Below are positions 46,485 through 57,069 of a stretch of DNA of 64,000 bases, piece by piece. Numbering within the stretch: the first letter of the stretch is position 1; each line of letters starts with the position of its first letter. The notes under the pieces are model-generated. The model was not told where the DNA came from. It made no database searches and was given only the letters and a program-made list of their open reading frames with translations. Source of the stretch: Candidatus Bathyarchaeum tardum (GTDB lineage: Archaea > Thermoproteota > Bathyarchaeia > Bathyarchaeales > Bathyarchaeaceae). The stretch lies in the NCBI GenBank assembly GCA_024650005.2, contig CP122380.1:608001-672000 (forward strand), given 5' to 3'. Both the position numbers and the translations under genes were made by a program.

Positions 46485-48938
46485 ATGAAAAAGTTTCCTA
46501 AAAAATTTAATTTACTTGCCATCGAGGAGAAATGGCAGCAAAACTGGGAAGAAATGGGAATTTATCACTTCAACCGGGAAGACTCTCGTCCTTCGTTTAC
46601 TGTAGATACTCCTCCTCCTTATCCTTCAGGGAACTTTCACATGGGAAACGTTCTGAACTGGACCTACATCGACACGTTAGCCCGTTACAAACGTATGCGG
46701 GGATACAATGTTTTGTTTCCTCAGGGTTGGGACTGTCACGGGCTTCCAACAGAAGTAAAAACTGAAGAAATTCACAAAATAAAAAAAACTGATTTGCCTC
46801 CAGCTGAATTTGTTAAACTCTGCAAAAAAGTTATCGACAAATACATTGTTATAATGAAAAAAGCTATTATGCGCCTTGGCTGTTCGGTGGATTGGACAAC
46901 AGAATACAAAACCATGGATCCCGACTACTGGCGACGGACTCAACTTAGTTTCATTGTTTTGCACAAAAAAGGGCTAATCTACAAAGGAACCCATCCCATC
47001 AGTTGGTGCACAAGCTGTGAGACTGCAATTGCAGACGCAGAAGTTGAACATGAACAAAAAACTGGAATCTTGCATTTCATCAAATTCAAGTTAACTGATG
47101 GAAATCACCTGATCATAGCTACGAGTCGTCCTGAACTTTTGCAAGCTTGTGTAACTGTAGCAGTAAACCCCGATGATGAACGTTACAGCAAATACATCGG
47201 CCAAAACATCACTGTTCCTGTAGCAAATCGTCAAGTCAAAATAATTGCCCAAAAAGAAGTAGACCCAAAGTTTGGTACTGGAGTGTTAATGATTTGTACC
47301 TACGGGGACAAAGCTGACGTGCAAGCTGTTTCTGCTCTGAAGCTTGAGCCAATTATTTTGATAGACGATAAAGGGAAAATGAACAAAAACGCAGGAAAAT
47401 ACTGCGGACTAACAACCATTGAAGCAAGAAAAGCTATAGTAAAAGACCTTGAAGCCTCAGGAAATCTGGAAAAAATTCAGCCTTTGAATCAAGAAGTGGG
47501 CACCTGCTGGAGATGCAAGCATTCCATCGAAATTTTGGAGCATGAACAGTGGTTCATGAACACCCGAAAATTTACTGAACAGGTAAAACAAAACACGCTG
47601 GAAGTAACGTGGTATCCAGATTACATGAAAAAACGCATGATCGATTGGACAAACAGCCTAGACTGGGACTGGGTAATTTCTCGTCAAAGAATCTTTGCAA
47701 CCCCAATTCCTGTATGGTACTGTAAACAATGCCAAGAAATCATTTTAGCAGAACCCGACTGGTTGCCCATTGACCCCCGAAATGAAGAACCAAAAACTGA
47801 CAGGTGTCCTAAATGTGGGGGCACAGAATTTGTTCCTGAAACTGATGTTTTGGATACATGGTTTGATTCTTCCCTTACTTGCGCAGTTCATGCTGGTTGG
47901 CCAGACAAAGAAGATTGGCAAAACTTGTTTCCTGCAGATGTGCACCCCTCAGGTTACGATATCATCCGGACTTGGGCGTATTATTTGATGGTTCGTGGTC
48001 TTGCGTTGTTTGACCAAAAACCCTACAATAGCGTATTAATCAACGGCATGGTTCTGGGAACCGACGGAAGAAAAATGAGCAAATCCCTAGGTAACTTCGT
48101 AGCAACCCCTGAAGTGTTTGAAAAATACGGCGCTGATGCCCCTCGACAATGGGCAACCAGTGGAGGCGCCACAGGCTCTGACATTCCTTTCCGTTGGGAA
48201 GACGTAGAATATGCCTGGAGATTTTTGCGAAAACTATGGAACGCTTCAAAATTTGCAGGAATGCACCTTAAAGACTATGACCCCGACAGTAAGCAGCCTC
48301 AGCTTGAGCTTATTGACCGTTGGCTTTTGAGCAAAATGGAACAAGTCACCAAGAAAGTAACTGAAGCTTTAGATAACTGCCAATTTAACGTAGCAACTGA
48401 TGAAATCCGAAAATTCACCTGGCATAGTTTCTGTGACAACTACATTGAAGCCGTCAAACACCGACTATACCAACCTGAAACATATGGAGAAGAAAAACGA
48501 CACGCTGCCCAGTATACCCTTTACACGGCTATTTATCGGATAATCCAGATGTTATCTCCAATTTCGCCTCATATAACTGAAGAACTATATCAGATAATTT
48601 TTGCAGACGACAAAAAACTTGAAAGCATTCATGTTTCTTCATGGCCTGAAATACAAGAAGGGCTAATCGACGAAGACAACGAAAAAAGTGGTGACCTTAT
48701 TGTTGCTGTTATGGGTGAACTTCGAAGAGACAAAGCAGAAAACCAAAAACCCTTGAATGCTGAAATCCAAAAATTAACAGTATGCACCGAAGACAAACAA
48801 GCCGCCGACGTTCTAGCTAAAGCCGAAGAAGACCTAGCTGGAACCTGCAAAATAGAAAAACTGGAAATTAATTTAACTACAGGTCAAGGAAAAGAAGTCC
48901 AAGGATATCCAAAAATACAATTTGTTGCAGAATACTAA
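46485..48938 (+). CDS. valS: Valyl-tRNA synthetase
   Basis: DTPPPY, HMGN (HIGH-like), GWDCHGLP, DWVISRQ and KMSKS motifs. Confidence 0.96.
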   Translation: MKKFPKKFNLLAIEEKWQQNWEEMGIYHFNREDSRPSFTVDTPPPYPSGNFHMGNVLNWTYIDTLARYKRMRGYNVLFPQGWDCHGLPTEVKTEEIHKIKKTDLPPAEFVKLCKKVIDKYIVIMKKAIMRLGCSVDWTTEYKTMDPDYWRRTQLSFIVLHKKGLIYKGTHPISWCTSCETAIADAEVEHEQKTGILHFIKFKLTDGNHLIIATSRPELLQACVTVAVNPDDERYSKYIGQNITVPVANRQVKIIAQKEVDPKFGTGVLMICTYGDKADVQAVSALKLEPIILIDDKGKMNKNAGKYCGLTTIEARKAIVKDLEASGNLEKIQPLNQEVGTCWRCKHSIEILEHEQWFMNTRKFTEQVKQNTLEVTWYPDYMKKRMIDWTNSLDWDWVISRQRIFATPIPVWYCKQCQEIILAEPDWLPIDPRNEEPKTDRCPKCGGTEFVPETDVLDTWFDSSLTCAVHAGWPDKEDWQNLFPADVHPSGYDIIRTWAYYLMVRGLALFDQKPYNSVLINGMVLGTDGRKMSKSLGNFVATPEVFEKYGADAPRQWATSGGATGSDIPFRWEDVEYAWRFLRKLWNASKFAGMHLKDYDPDSKQPQLELIDRWLLSKMEQVTKKVTEALDNCQFNVATDEIRKFTWHSFCDNYIEAVKHRLYQPETYGEEKRHAAQYTLYTAIYRIIQMLSPISPHITEELYQIIFADDKKLESIHVSSWPEIQEGLIDEDNEKSGDLIVAVMGELRRDKAENQKPLNAEIQKLTVCTEDKQAADVLAKAEEDLAGTCKIEKLEINLTTGQGKEVQGYPKIQFVAEY

Positions 48939-50194
48939 ACTGCAGCTTTGTATCGAAGAATCGCAGCAACTCCACCAAATGATTTTTTGAGCATTTGACC
49001 CTCTTCAGTGTCTGCCGATATTATTTCAACATCTGTTCCAATCATTTCTGCGGTTTCAGCTAAATCGTCAATTAACTCTTTTGTTTCCACAACCGCTACT
49101 GTTGGAACTGTGCACTTTGGACATGCACTACTGCTCGTTGTCTGTTCAAACTCTGCAATTTGATGAATTTTCATTGTTTCTTGTTTAGTGTATTCGCATG
49201 AACCACATTTTACAGTAACAAGAATCGTGTCCAAGTCTTCAGAAAGCAACAAGGTTTCTACAATGCCGTTGTTTAAAAACTTTCGAACATCAGCTTCCCC
49301 GTAGGTAGCCAATCCTGTCTCTTGACCAATTTCACGCAAAAACTTTTGCATCATTTTCTTTTCTTCAAAATACCGCAGTTTCTGAAGAATCTCTTGTGAA
49401 CCTTCTACAACTTCTTCTACGCCATGATCGTCCGTGTATGAAGTGTCTACTGTAGCCAAAATTTTGTCTTTTAATGTATAATGTAGAAAGTTTCCTTTTT
49501 CGAAATCTTCTTTTGTTGGTCCTGGACCCCCTAAAAGTATGCCTTTAAGGTCTTCGATGGGCAGAAAAATTTCGTTTGCGTATTCACCAATTCGAGTGAA
49601 ATATTCATGAACTTTTGCTTGTCGCATTCGAACAAACCTTTTTGCGGACTGTCCTCCTGCCCTGAATTTTCCTGGAATACCTGATGTTACTTGTTTGACG
49701 ATGTCAAGGTATTTTCCCCGTACCGTAGCAAATGATGCGTGGGCAGAGTCCAAAACTATGATTCCGTAGGTTTCTTTGTCTTTCAAAAACTCTTCTAGAT
49801 GTTCAGTGTGGAATCGCGCATCACAACGATATAGATAAATTTGAATTGGTTCAGGCGGGGAAATAATGTATAATTCAATTTTTTCGCTTCCTGGACCGTT
49901 TTGTGGAATTGCTCCACAGAAAAGCACCAACCCGTTTTCGGGTACGGTTTTGAACATTTTCATTCGTTGCGTAACCCGGGTGATGGCGTCTTGAACGTTT
50001 TTTCTTGTAGTGTTGGATTTGATGTTTGTTGCTGTTCCGAATTCATTGTTAAGCATGGAAACTACTTCACTGACTTGTCTGCCTGGAGGTACATAAAGGG
50101 AAACTAGTTCTGTTCCTCGACCTTCTCGGGAGGCAAGTCTTTCGATATTGCGTTTTAGTCGAAAACGTAGAAGAGAATCTTGTTTAGTGCTCAA
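48935..50194 (-). CDS. prf1: Peptide chain release factor aRF1
   Basis: GTELVSLY, NIKS, YRCD, GGQS and FGGVAAILRY motifs. Confidence 0.97.
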   Translation of the reverse strand: MSTKQDSLLRFRLKRNIERLASREGRGTELVSLYVPPGRQVSEVVSMLNNEFGTATNIKSNTTRKNVQDAITRVTQRMKMFKTVPENGLVLFCGAIPQNGPGSEKIELYIISPPEPIQIYLYRCDARFHTEHLEEFLKDKETYGIIVLDSAHASFATVRGKYLDIVKQVTSGIPGKFRAGGQSAKRFVRMRQAKVHEYFTRIGEYANEIFLPIEDLKGILLGGPGPTKEDFEKGNFLHYTLKDKILATVDTSYTDDHGVEEVVEGSQEILQKLRYFEEKKMMQKFLREIGQETGLATYGEADVRKFLNNGIVETLLLSEDLDTILVTVKCGSCEYTKQETMKIHQIAEFEQTTSSSACPKCTVPTVAVVETKELIDDLAETAEMIGTDVEIISADTEEGQMLKKSFGGVAAILRYKAAV

Positions 50195-50331
50195 CGTTCA
50201 TTACGCTCTTGATTGTAGACCTAACAAATGTAACATACTTGATAAGAGTTATCTTTTAACTTACTTGTCATTCAGGATCTTGATTGCTGTATCAGTTGTA
50301 GGGCAAAACTATTCAAATCAAAGTATACTAT

Positions 50332-51312
50332 GTGTGTAAGCATCAACAAAAAATGGTGTCTGGTGGAAAAAAATTGTTGGCAGAAAAGCTGGTGTTTGTG
50401 GGTCATATTTCCGTTGACAAAATCGAAAACATTAACGGCACCAAAATTCAGCCTGGAGGTGCTGCCCTATACGCAGCCATGGCTGCTAGAACCTTATCGT
50501 CAAATGTCACGTTAATTTCTGCTACTGGAAAAGATAACCCGTTTCTAGCTAAACTGAATCTTTTACCCCATAAAGACATCAAAATCTATGATGCGCCTAC
50601 AACAAGGTTTCACATCAAATATGACCATCGATGGGAAGCAAATTACCTTAAAGTTGAGCACGGGGCTGGTTCAAGAATTACTTCTCGTCGAATTTCTAAC
50701 CGTCAAGTTAAACAAAAGAGTATTTTTCATCTTTCTCCCATGACGCCTTCAAAGGTTGCGCGAATGGTAGATAAAATTAAAAAGAGTTCTCCTGAAACCA
50801 AAGTTTCTGTTAACACTTGGATTGGTTACATCAATGAGGGTAGAAAAAACCGTAAAATCCTCAAGGATATCGCTTTAAAAGCGGATTTTTTTATTGTAAA
50901 TGACACGGAAGCTAAAGCATTAGCTGAAACTGATGCTATTTCTTCTGCAGTTAGGCTCCTGAAAGCTAAACGACTAATTGTTACTTTGGGAACCTTGGGG
51001 GCAATAATCAGTGCAGATGATATCGGTATGCAGATGGTTCCTGCGTTGGCTTTGCCTTCTGATAAAATAGTGGACACAACTGGAGCTGGAGATGTTTGGT
51101 GTGGCGCTTTTTTGGCAACTTATAATATTACAGAAGATTTTGCAAAATCTGTTAGTGCAGCATCTACCATTTCTAGCATAAAATGTTCTGACTGGGGTTT
51201 TCAGAGCCTAACCAAATTACGGTTTAACGAACCTAACGATGTTATCGAGTTTGTTATGGGCATGAAAGATGGTGGCATACAAAAACGGATGCCCGAATAC
51301 CTAAAAAATTAA
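50332..51312 (+). CDS. PfkB-family carbohydrate/nucleoside kinase
   Basis: PGGAALY, N..EA, VTLG and VDTTGAGD motifs. Confidence 0.9.
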   Translation: MCKHQQKMVSGGKKLLAEKLVFVGHISVDKIENINGTKIQPGGAALYAAMAARTLSSNVTLISATGKDNPFLAKLNLLPHKDIKIYDAPTTRFHIKYDHRWEANYLKVEHGAGSRITSRRISNRQVKQKSIFHLSPMTPSKVARMVDKIKKSSPETKVSVNTWIGYINEGRKNRKILKDIALKADFFIVNDTEAKALAETDAISSAVRLLKAKRLIVTLGTLGAIISADDIGMQMVPALALPSDKIVDTTGAGDVWCGAFLATYNITEDFAKSVSAASTISSIKCSDWGFQSLTKLRFNEPNDVIEFVMGMKDGGIQKRMPEYLKN

Positions 51313-51403
51313 CCCAATCCTGTTTCTGGTCTTAAGATCCGTATTGAACACTTGAAGTACAGTTAAAAAGAAACTATTATTAGGATTAACCTCAGAGCTA
51401 GGA

Positions 51404-51658
51404 GTGGAGACAATCGTTATGGCTATGGCTTATGTGCTGATTAACACGGAACCAAAAAACATGGAAGACATCGCAGCAACTCTTGAAAAACTTGATTCTG
51501 TTGTAGAGATCTTTCCAGTTTATGGAGTTTACGATTTAGTCGCAAAAATTCAAGCAGAATCTATGGAAAAACTTAAAGACATAGTCACATGGAAAATACG
51601 AAGCCTAACTAACGTCCGATCCACTATAACTATGTTAATCCTAGAAGATCCGCAGTAA
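51404..51658 (+). CDS. Stand-alone Lrp/AsnC ligand-binding (RAM) domain protein
   Basis: AYVLIN, VYGVYD and IRSL..VRST.T motifs. Confidence 0.88.
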   Translation: METIVMAMAYVLINTEPKNMEDIAATLEKLDSVVEIFPVYGVYDLVAKIQAESMEKLKDIVTWKIRSLTNVRSTITMLILEDPQ

Positions 51659-51684
51659 ATTAATGCAGTTTTCTGGTTCTCCAT

Positions 51685-52248
51685 TTGTTGTCTAAACTTG
51701 GGGATACTGTTTTGAAGCGTGCTTTGGTTTTATATTGGTCTAAAACGGGAAACACGAAAAAAGTTGCTTTGGCAATAAAAGACGGTTTAGAATCTGCTGG
51801 ATTAAATGTCTCATTAATGAAAACAACTGAAGCCGAAAACGTTGATTATTTTGATTACGACCTAGTTTGTGTTGGTTTTCCTTCTTATCAATGGCATCCT
51901 CCCAAACCGGTTGCAGATTTTTTGCTCAAAAAATTTGATGCTTACAGAAAACAAGAACAAATCAAAAAAGCCTCACCAACAATTCCAGAAAAATATGCTT
52001 TAATATTTTGTACCTATTCTGGTCCGCACACTGGCCTTCGTGAAGCGACGCCTGCAGCGTTATATGCTGGTCAGTTTTTTGAACACTTGGGATTTACAGT
52101 ATTGAACGAATGGTGTGTTCTAAGTGAATTTATTGGTTCAGTAGAATTTAGTACACAGGGCAGAATGGGTGATATTCGTGGAAAACCAACTGCAGAAGAG
52201 CTGAAAAAACTAACCTTAGATGCTAAAGAACTGGTATCTGGTTTTTAG
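51685..52248 (+). CDS. Flavodoxin-like protein
   Basis: YWSKTGNTKKVA and YDLVCVGFPS motifs. Confidence 0.88.
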   Translation: MLSKLGDTVLKRALVLYWSKTGNTKKVALAIKDGLESAGLNVSLMKTTEAENVDYFDYDLVCVGFPSYQWHPPKPVADFLLKKFDAYRKQEQIKKASPTIPEKYALIFCTYSGPHTGLREATPAALYAGQFFEHLGFTVLNEWCVLSEFIGSVEFSTQGRMGDIRGKPTAEELKKLTLDAKELVSGF

Positions 52249-52373
52249 TTTGTGAATTTTTCCGTTAATTTATAAAGGGGAATTTGTTAGTATATTTGAA
52301 GAGTTTCGTTTATGGTGGAGTTTCTCTGCCAAAAATAACTGGAACCTTTTCTATGTATGCCGAGGTGAATATC

Positions 52374-52571
52374 GTGTCTCAAAAGAAGATGTATGAAGTC
52401 AAATGTACTGAATGTGGCAGCGCTACTACTGTTCCTTTTGAACCTACAAAAGGTAAACCAGTTTATTGTAAAAGTTGTTTCTCTAAACGTAGAAGTAAAC
52501 CACGCGAAAGGACTCCATCTGAACCTATAATGTTCAACATGAAAAATGCATGGGCAAGACGAGGAAAATAA
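52374..52571 (+). CDS. CxxC-x17-CxxC Zn-finger protein
   Basis: CTECG..TTVPFEP..GKPVYCKSC; GTG start after GAGGTGA. Confidence 0.85.
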   Translation: MSQKKMYEVKCTECGSATTVPFEPTKGKPVYCKSCFSKRRSKPRERTPSEPIMFNMKNAWARRGK

Positions 52572-52823
52572 CCGTCAAAAAGGCAATTTGATAAATTAAG
52601 TTTTTTTCAAAAGCCTTGATTTCCTCCAAAGTAACGATTTCTTATGAAATTGTTCTTGTTTACTTTTTTAATTAACATTTTTTGAGTTAATGTTTTGATT
52701 TTTTATTGTTACAAAGAAGCAGCAACAATTTGCTGTTGTTGATGTTTTGTAGATGCATTCACTGTTAACCAGCGTTTAATTGAATTAAAAGGCTAAAGCT
52801 AAAAAAGCCGAAATCCATTCAAT

Positions 52824-53024
52824 TTAAATATAGTATAGATGATTTTTAGTTTTCTTTATTTTTCCAAGAAAAATTCCAGCGAAATATTCTAACCAAAATT
52901 GTTCATGTGAATCTAGATTGGCGTCTTCTTCAGAAATTGCACTTTCAAACGAAGTTGCACCTGCTTTCTTAAACTTCCGAACAATTCTATGTTCCATTTC
53001 AAATTCAAGTCCATATTTAGACAA
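52824..53024 (-). CDS. Small hypothetical protein, paralog of 54505-54705
   Basis: RKF..AGATS.E.A....ANLD..EQ.WL.YFAG.FLG.IKKT is shared with the paralog. Confidence 0.75.
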   Translation of the reverse strand: MSKYGLEFEMEHRIVRKFKKAGATSFESAISEEDANLDSHEQFWLEYFAGIFLGKIKKTKNHLYYI

Positions 53025-53220
53025 TTTTTTCTTTCCCTCCTTTATCAAATAGTTTTCAAGTAGAATGCTATAAATTAACGACAAACTTAGTTTGTCCGAA
53101 TTTACAAAAAAGTCTCTACCTATAATATTACTCTTTGGTAGTTTATTAACCTACCCATTTATTTTTCAAGAAAAAAGAAAAATGTGAAAAAAACTCAAAA
53201 ATTGTTATTAAACTAATAGT

Positions 53221-53370
53221 TTAATATCTTGGTCGGGCTGGTCTTTTTGCACTGTAGCATTCTCTGCAGTACACAGGTCTGCTTCCGTCTGGCTTGAATG
53301 GAACTTGACATTCTTTTTTACATTCAGCACAAACTGCAGTGTGCATTTCTCTTGGTCTACCATATGACAT
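53221..53370 (-). CDS. CxxC-x17-CxxC Zn-finger protein (49 aa, missing from the track)
   Basis: MSYGRPREMHTAVCAECKKECQVPFKPDGSRPVYCRECYSAKRPARPRY; GGAGGTG RBS. Confidence 0.88.
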   Translation of the reverse strand: MSYGRPREMHTAVCAECKKECQVPFKPDGSRPVYCRECYSAKRPARPRY

Positions 53371-53673
53371 AACTTTCGCACCTCCGATTAAATGACAAAA
53401 CTAGAATCTTTATAAACTAATTTAGGATATCAGTGTCATCGCTACATATAAACATGTTTAATTCCGAATCCATTTAAATGCAGAATTATTGATTAATTAT
53501 TATTTAACGGTGGACAGAAAAGTCATCCAGTTTTCTATCTTGACATTTTTTAATGCCCAAACAATATATATGCAACTGTGAATTGTAACGTAATGCAGAA
53601 TTTTCTTAGTAAGATCCTCAAAACTTAGTTACATATCTATTTTGGGCGTTCTTTTAGAAAATGAGGGATTCGA

Positions 53674-53892
53674 TTGTTAAAGTTAAAGATAGACGCTGAG
53701 ATGGAAAATAGGATAATTAAAAAAATCAAGAAAATTACATTTAATTTAAAGAAAAATGAGGCAACGAGTTTTTGTCCTGCTTTAGATGCACAAAGACAAT
53801 ACGTGATACAATATTTAATTGAAAAAATTCATGACGCTGACAAAACAGCTAATGTAAATAGTGCGTCATCTTATTGTACAATTGCATCATAA
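53674..53892 (+). CDS. Small hypothetical protein, possibly a distant paralog of 52824-53024
   Basis: EMENRIIKK..ATSF..LD.Q.QY. Confidence 0.35.
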   Translation: MLKLKIDAEMENRIIKKIKKITFNLKKNEATSFCPALDAQRQYVIQYLIEKIHDADKTANVNSASSYCTIAS

Positions 53893-53927
53893 TTATAATA
53901 TGAAGTTTTGAGATAGTTGATAAAATA

Positions 53928-54158
53928 ATGAAAAGAAGTCAAAAAAACGCTAAATCCAGAAACAGAAATACCGTAAGATGTCCCGTTCAAATCGGAGATG
54001 AATACAATGTGGACATAACAGACACGACACCTACTGGATTTGGCATCGCACGAATACAAGGATTCCTTGTATTAATTAATCACGCAAGCCTTGGAAAGAA
54101 CAAAACCATAGTTATAACCAAAACTGATTCTCTAAACGCAGAAGCAGAACTTGTCTAG
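53928..54158 (+). CDS. Single TRAM-domain protein (archaeal cold-shock RNA chaperone family)
   Basis: PV..GDEY.V.I......G.GIARI.GF pattern. Confidence 0.85.
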   Translation: MKRSQKNAKSRNRNTVRCPVQIGDEYNVDITDTTPTGFGIARIQGFLVLINHASLGKNKTIVITKTDSLNAEAELV

Positions 54159-54265
54159 TGACATTTTGGTTGGTCCAAAAATTTTTGGTTAAACCATTAA
54201 TCAGTCATCTTTTAAGATGGATACATTAACTAACATGTACTGGGTTCTAGTTTTGTAGGTGTAAT

Positions 54266-54478
54266 TTGTTGACAAAATGGGAATATATTGTTCTTCCGTT
54301 ACGGACTAAGATTGGTATTAATCGTCGTACCCAAGAAAAGAATGCTGTTATACAAAATGTACAAGATGAATTGAACGCCCTTGGGGCAGAAGGATGGGAG
54401 TTGATAAGCGTTCAAAATGTTCGCTTAGAAACAGGCAGTTTGTATACTGTTGTTTACTTAAAACGACAAAAACCATAG
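54266..54478 (+). CDS. DUF4177 protein
   Basis: KWEY...LNALGAEGWELISV...LKR. Confidence 0.85.
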   Translation: MLTKWEYIVLPLRTKIGINRRTQEKNAVIQNVQDELNALGAEGWELISVQNVRLETGSLYTVVYLKRQKP

Positions 54479-54504
54479 TTTAGACTATTTTATCAAAATG
54501 AGGT

Positions 54505-54705
54505 TTAGATGTAATACCTGTGGTCACAGGTCTTTTTTATACACCCAAGAAAAGAACCTGCAAAATAGTCTAGCCAATATTGTTCTTGTTCGTCCAAGTT
54601 AGCTTCTTGAAAAGTAACTGCTGTTTCCAAGGATGTAGCTCCTGCTTGTTCAAATTTTCTGATGAGTCGGTTTTGCATTTTGAATTGAATTCCAGACATA
54701 GACAA
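54505..54705 (-). CDS. Small hypothetical protein, paralog of 52824-53024
   Basis: High similarity to the paralog, visible by eye. Confidence 0.75.
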   Translation of the reverse strand: MSMSGIQFKMQNRLIRKFEQAGATSLETAVTFQEANLDEQEQYWLDYFAGSFLGCIKKTCDHRYYI

Positions 54706-55040
54706 TTATCAACACACCTCCCTGTTTCATCCATAATCTTGTTTAAGTAGAACACTAAGAACAAACGACAAAATGCCACAATGTTTGGCGGCAGTTCTTC
54801 AGCGAATTCTATGAACCCTCATAGTGTACCGTTAAATATATACACTGCGGGTATATAATCTGGATTTTAATCTAGAATCTGTCAATTTTTAATCTTAATT
54901 CCTTGTAACTGCATTTTTATTTCTTTTTTGTAAAATTTAACAGAAAAAAAGTTCCCAGTTAACTTAATTAAACAAAAAATGAAGGTGAAGCCCTTTTGGG
55001 GTTAACCTCCAATTTAAAAGATGCTTTAAGGCGTATTGTT

Positions 55041-55439
55041 TTACTGAACAGTAACCTTTACTGCTTTTCCTTCCCAGACTCCATGCAAGTTGCAGAACTC
55101 TTGTGCATGCAGGTTAGCTGACTCTTTTAGGGACACATTAATAGTTACAACGTAGCCATCTGACAATTCGGCACCAAAATCAATTTTAGAAATCAGTCTT
55201 TTTCCTGCATAAAGGGCAATCCAGTTTATCCAGTGGCTCAAAGTGTTAGGATGTTCAACCCCATCGATGCCCCCAACTTTGATTTTTACTGCAAAGGGCT
55301 CATCAGCTTTCACTTTGCTGGGTGCTTCAATAATGGGGGTGTGTTTTTTTGACATTACAGTCATGTTGTTCCAGTCTGGTCTGTTAAGTTCAGTTAACGA
55401 ATAGTCTTCACTCAAAATGTTCATCTCCCAAGTAAACAA
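55041..55439 (-). CDS. Superoxide reductase (neelaredoxin / class II SORL-like)
   Basis: KHTP, HP....HWI.WI and CNLHG.W motifs. Confidence 0.88.
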   Translation of the reverse strand: MFTWEMNILSEDYSLTELNRPDWNNMTVMSKKHTPIIEAPSKVKADEPFAVKIKVGGIDGVEHPNTLSHWINWIALYAGKRLISKIDFGAELSDGYVVTINVSLKESANLHAQEFCNLHGVWEGKAVKVTVQ

Positions 55440-55463
55440 CCTTGTGGCGTCTAAAAAACATTA

Positions 55464-57020
55464 TCACAAACTTATTTCAATCCCCTTCGCGGGAATGTGA
55501 ACTTTTCCTGCTGGATTCTTGAACACTTCAGGCTTTGTTGTGTGAATTGGAATCAAAAGCTTTGGTTTGATTTTGTTTATCATTTCTTGTATTTCTGGAC
55601 CTGAAGCATGACCGCTTGCATGAATCTGATACGGTAAATATTCGTTTTTGGCATTAATTTTGAAGTGCTTTAACCACCGTATCATCCGATCTTGAGACAG
55701 CTCCATTCTTGGATTAAATGGTTCACACTGTGCCCGTACGAAAACCGAGTTTTCTGGAAGATTAATATCTAAAATGTTTTTGAACCTAAAATAGTCCAAA
55801 TGCAAAATATAACCTGAAGGATTTTTGTTGAGTTCGATGGCGTCAATTCCTTTCTCTAGATGTTTTAAGTCCACGTTTATGTTGTCTCGTTTGTTACTCC
55901 ACTGGGAAAGCGCCATGTCTCCAACCTTATGTTTGTAATTACTATAATCTCCCGGAGAATAAAGCATTGAACCACAACGTTCCAAAAATACACTTGCCCC
56001 TTCATCATACACGTTTCTGCCTAACCTCGCCAGAAGATAAGCTAAACGAGGGTCAAAAACTGGAATTTTTCCACTTTTTAGAGCGGCATCCCTTACTGTT
56101 TCATATCTGTCAATGTCTTTCCATGTGAAGCCAACCATGACCAAACCATGAGATTCAGAAAAAATGTCGGTAAGGTCGGATTCTACCTGTTTTTCGTTAT
56201 CAGGTTCCGTTTTGTCGATGCGGGTTCCTTCACAAAACATTACATCCGGTCCAAGTCCATCCAGTTCATCTCCTAAATTGTAGCCGGATTTTCCATGAAA
56301 ACGAATGTCACCAGTATATAGCACTTGACTATCCTTGGATTCAACAAGACACGACATCGCTCCCGGTATCGAATGGTCCACATTATAGGCTGTAACTGTT
56401 AACTCATTTTGGATTGGTTGGGGCTTTTTGTGTTCTAGATTGCAAAATTCTCGTTTTATTTCTTCTTTTGCGTAATCAACTTTTGTTTCCCCTGGAAAAT
56501 AACCTGTTTTTAATTCCCCCATTTTTCGGTTTTTTGTAACTGTTAACTGTTTATCTAAACTTTGCAAGTTACCAATTTCTGCTATGGCATCCATTAATTT
56601 TTGTGAAGTTTCGGAACACAAAAACGGAAAAGCCCCCAAATACGGTGCATATCCACAATGGTCAAGGTGTGCATGGGAAATGAATAAGGCGTCAGGATGC
56701 CAGGACCCCTTTTGTTTTGCCTCTTCAAAACTTTGAATGTTAAGTTTCCAGAACTCTTTTGCGCGAATATTGTAATTTTCAAAATCGTTTGGACATAATG
56801 CATCTTGCCTGTAAATTCCGTTGATGTTTGGGAGCATACCCAGTTTTAGTAAATCGTGTATTTTGCATCCTGACCTGGGCTGTAAAAATTCTTCAAAAAA
56901 CAGTCCTTCTTCGGTGTAGGATAAACCAAAATCAAGAAAAATTGAGCCCTTGCCCATTTTAACAAGGATTTTGTTGCCTCCAATGTCACCCACTCCCCCG
57001 TAACATGCGAACATAATCAT
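55464..57020 (-). CDS. Metallo-beta-lactamase / beta-CASP nuclease (RNase J-like)
   Basis: IGGN, DFG, SHAHLDH, DHS, YTGD, HASGHA and PIH motifs. Confidence 0.9.
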   Translation of the reverse strand: MIMFACYGGVGDIGGNKILVKMGKGSIFLDFGLSYTEEGLFFEEFLQPRSGCKIHDLLKLGMLPNINGIYRQDALCPNDFENYNIRAKEFWKLNIQSFEEAKQKGSWHPDALFISHAHLDHCGYAPYLGAFPFLCSETSQKLMDAIAEIGNLQSLDKQLTVTKNRKMGELKTGYFPGETKVDYAKEEIKREFCNLEHKKPQPIQNELTVTAYNVDHSIPGAMSCLVESKDSQVLYTGDIRFHGKSGYNLGDELDGLGPDVMFCEGTRIDKTEPDNEKQVESDLTDIFSESHGLVMVGFTWKDIDRYETVRDAALKSGKIPVFDPRLAYLLARLGRNVYDEGASVFLERCGSMLYSPGDYSNYKHKVGDMALSQWSNKRDNINVDLKHLEKGIDAIELNKNPSGYILHLDYFRFKNILDINLPENSVFVRAQCEPFNPRMELSQDRMIRWLKHFKINAKNEYLPYQIHASGHASGPEIQEMINKIKPKLLIPIHTTKPEVFKNPAGKVHIPAKGIEISL

Positions 57021-57069
57021 GGATTCTGCCTCTCAACAAGTTACTTCTTTACAGCCAGATATAAACCTG

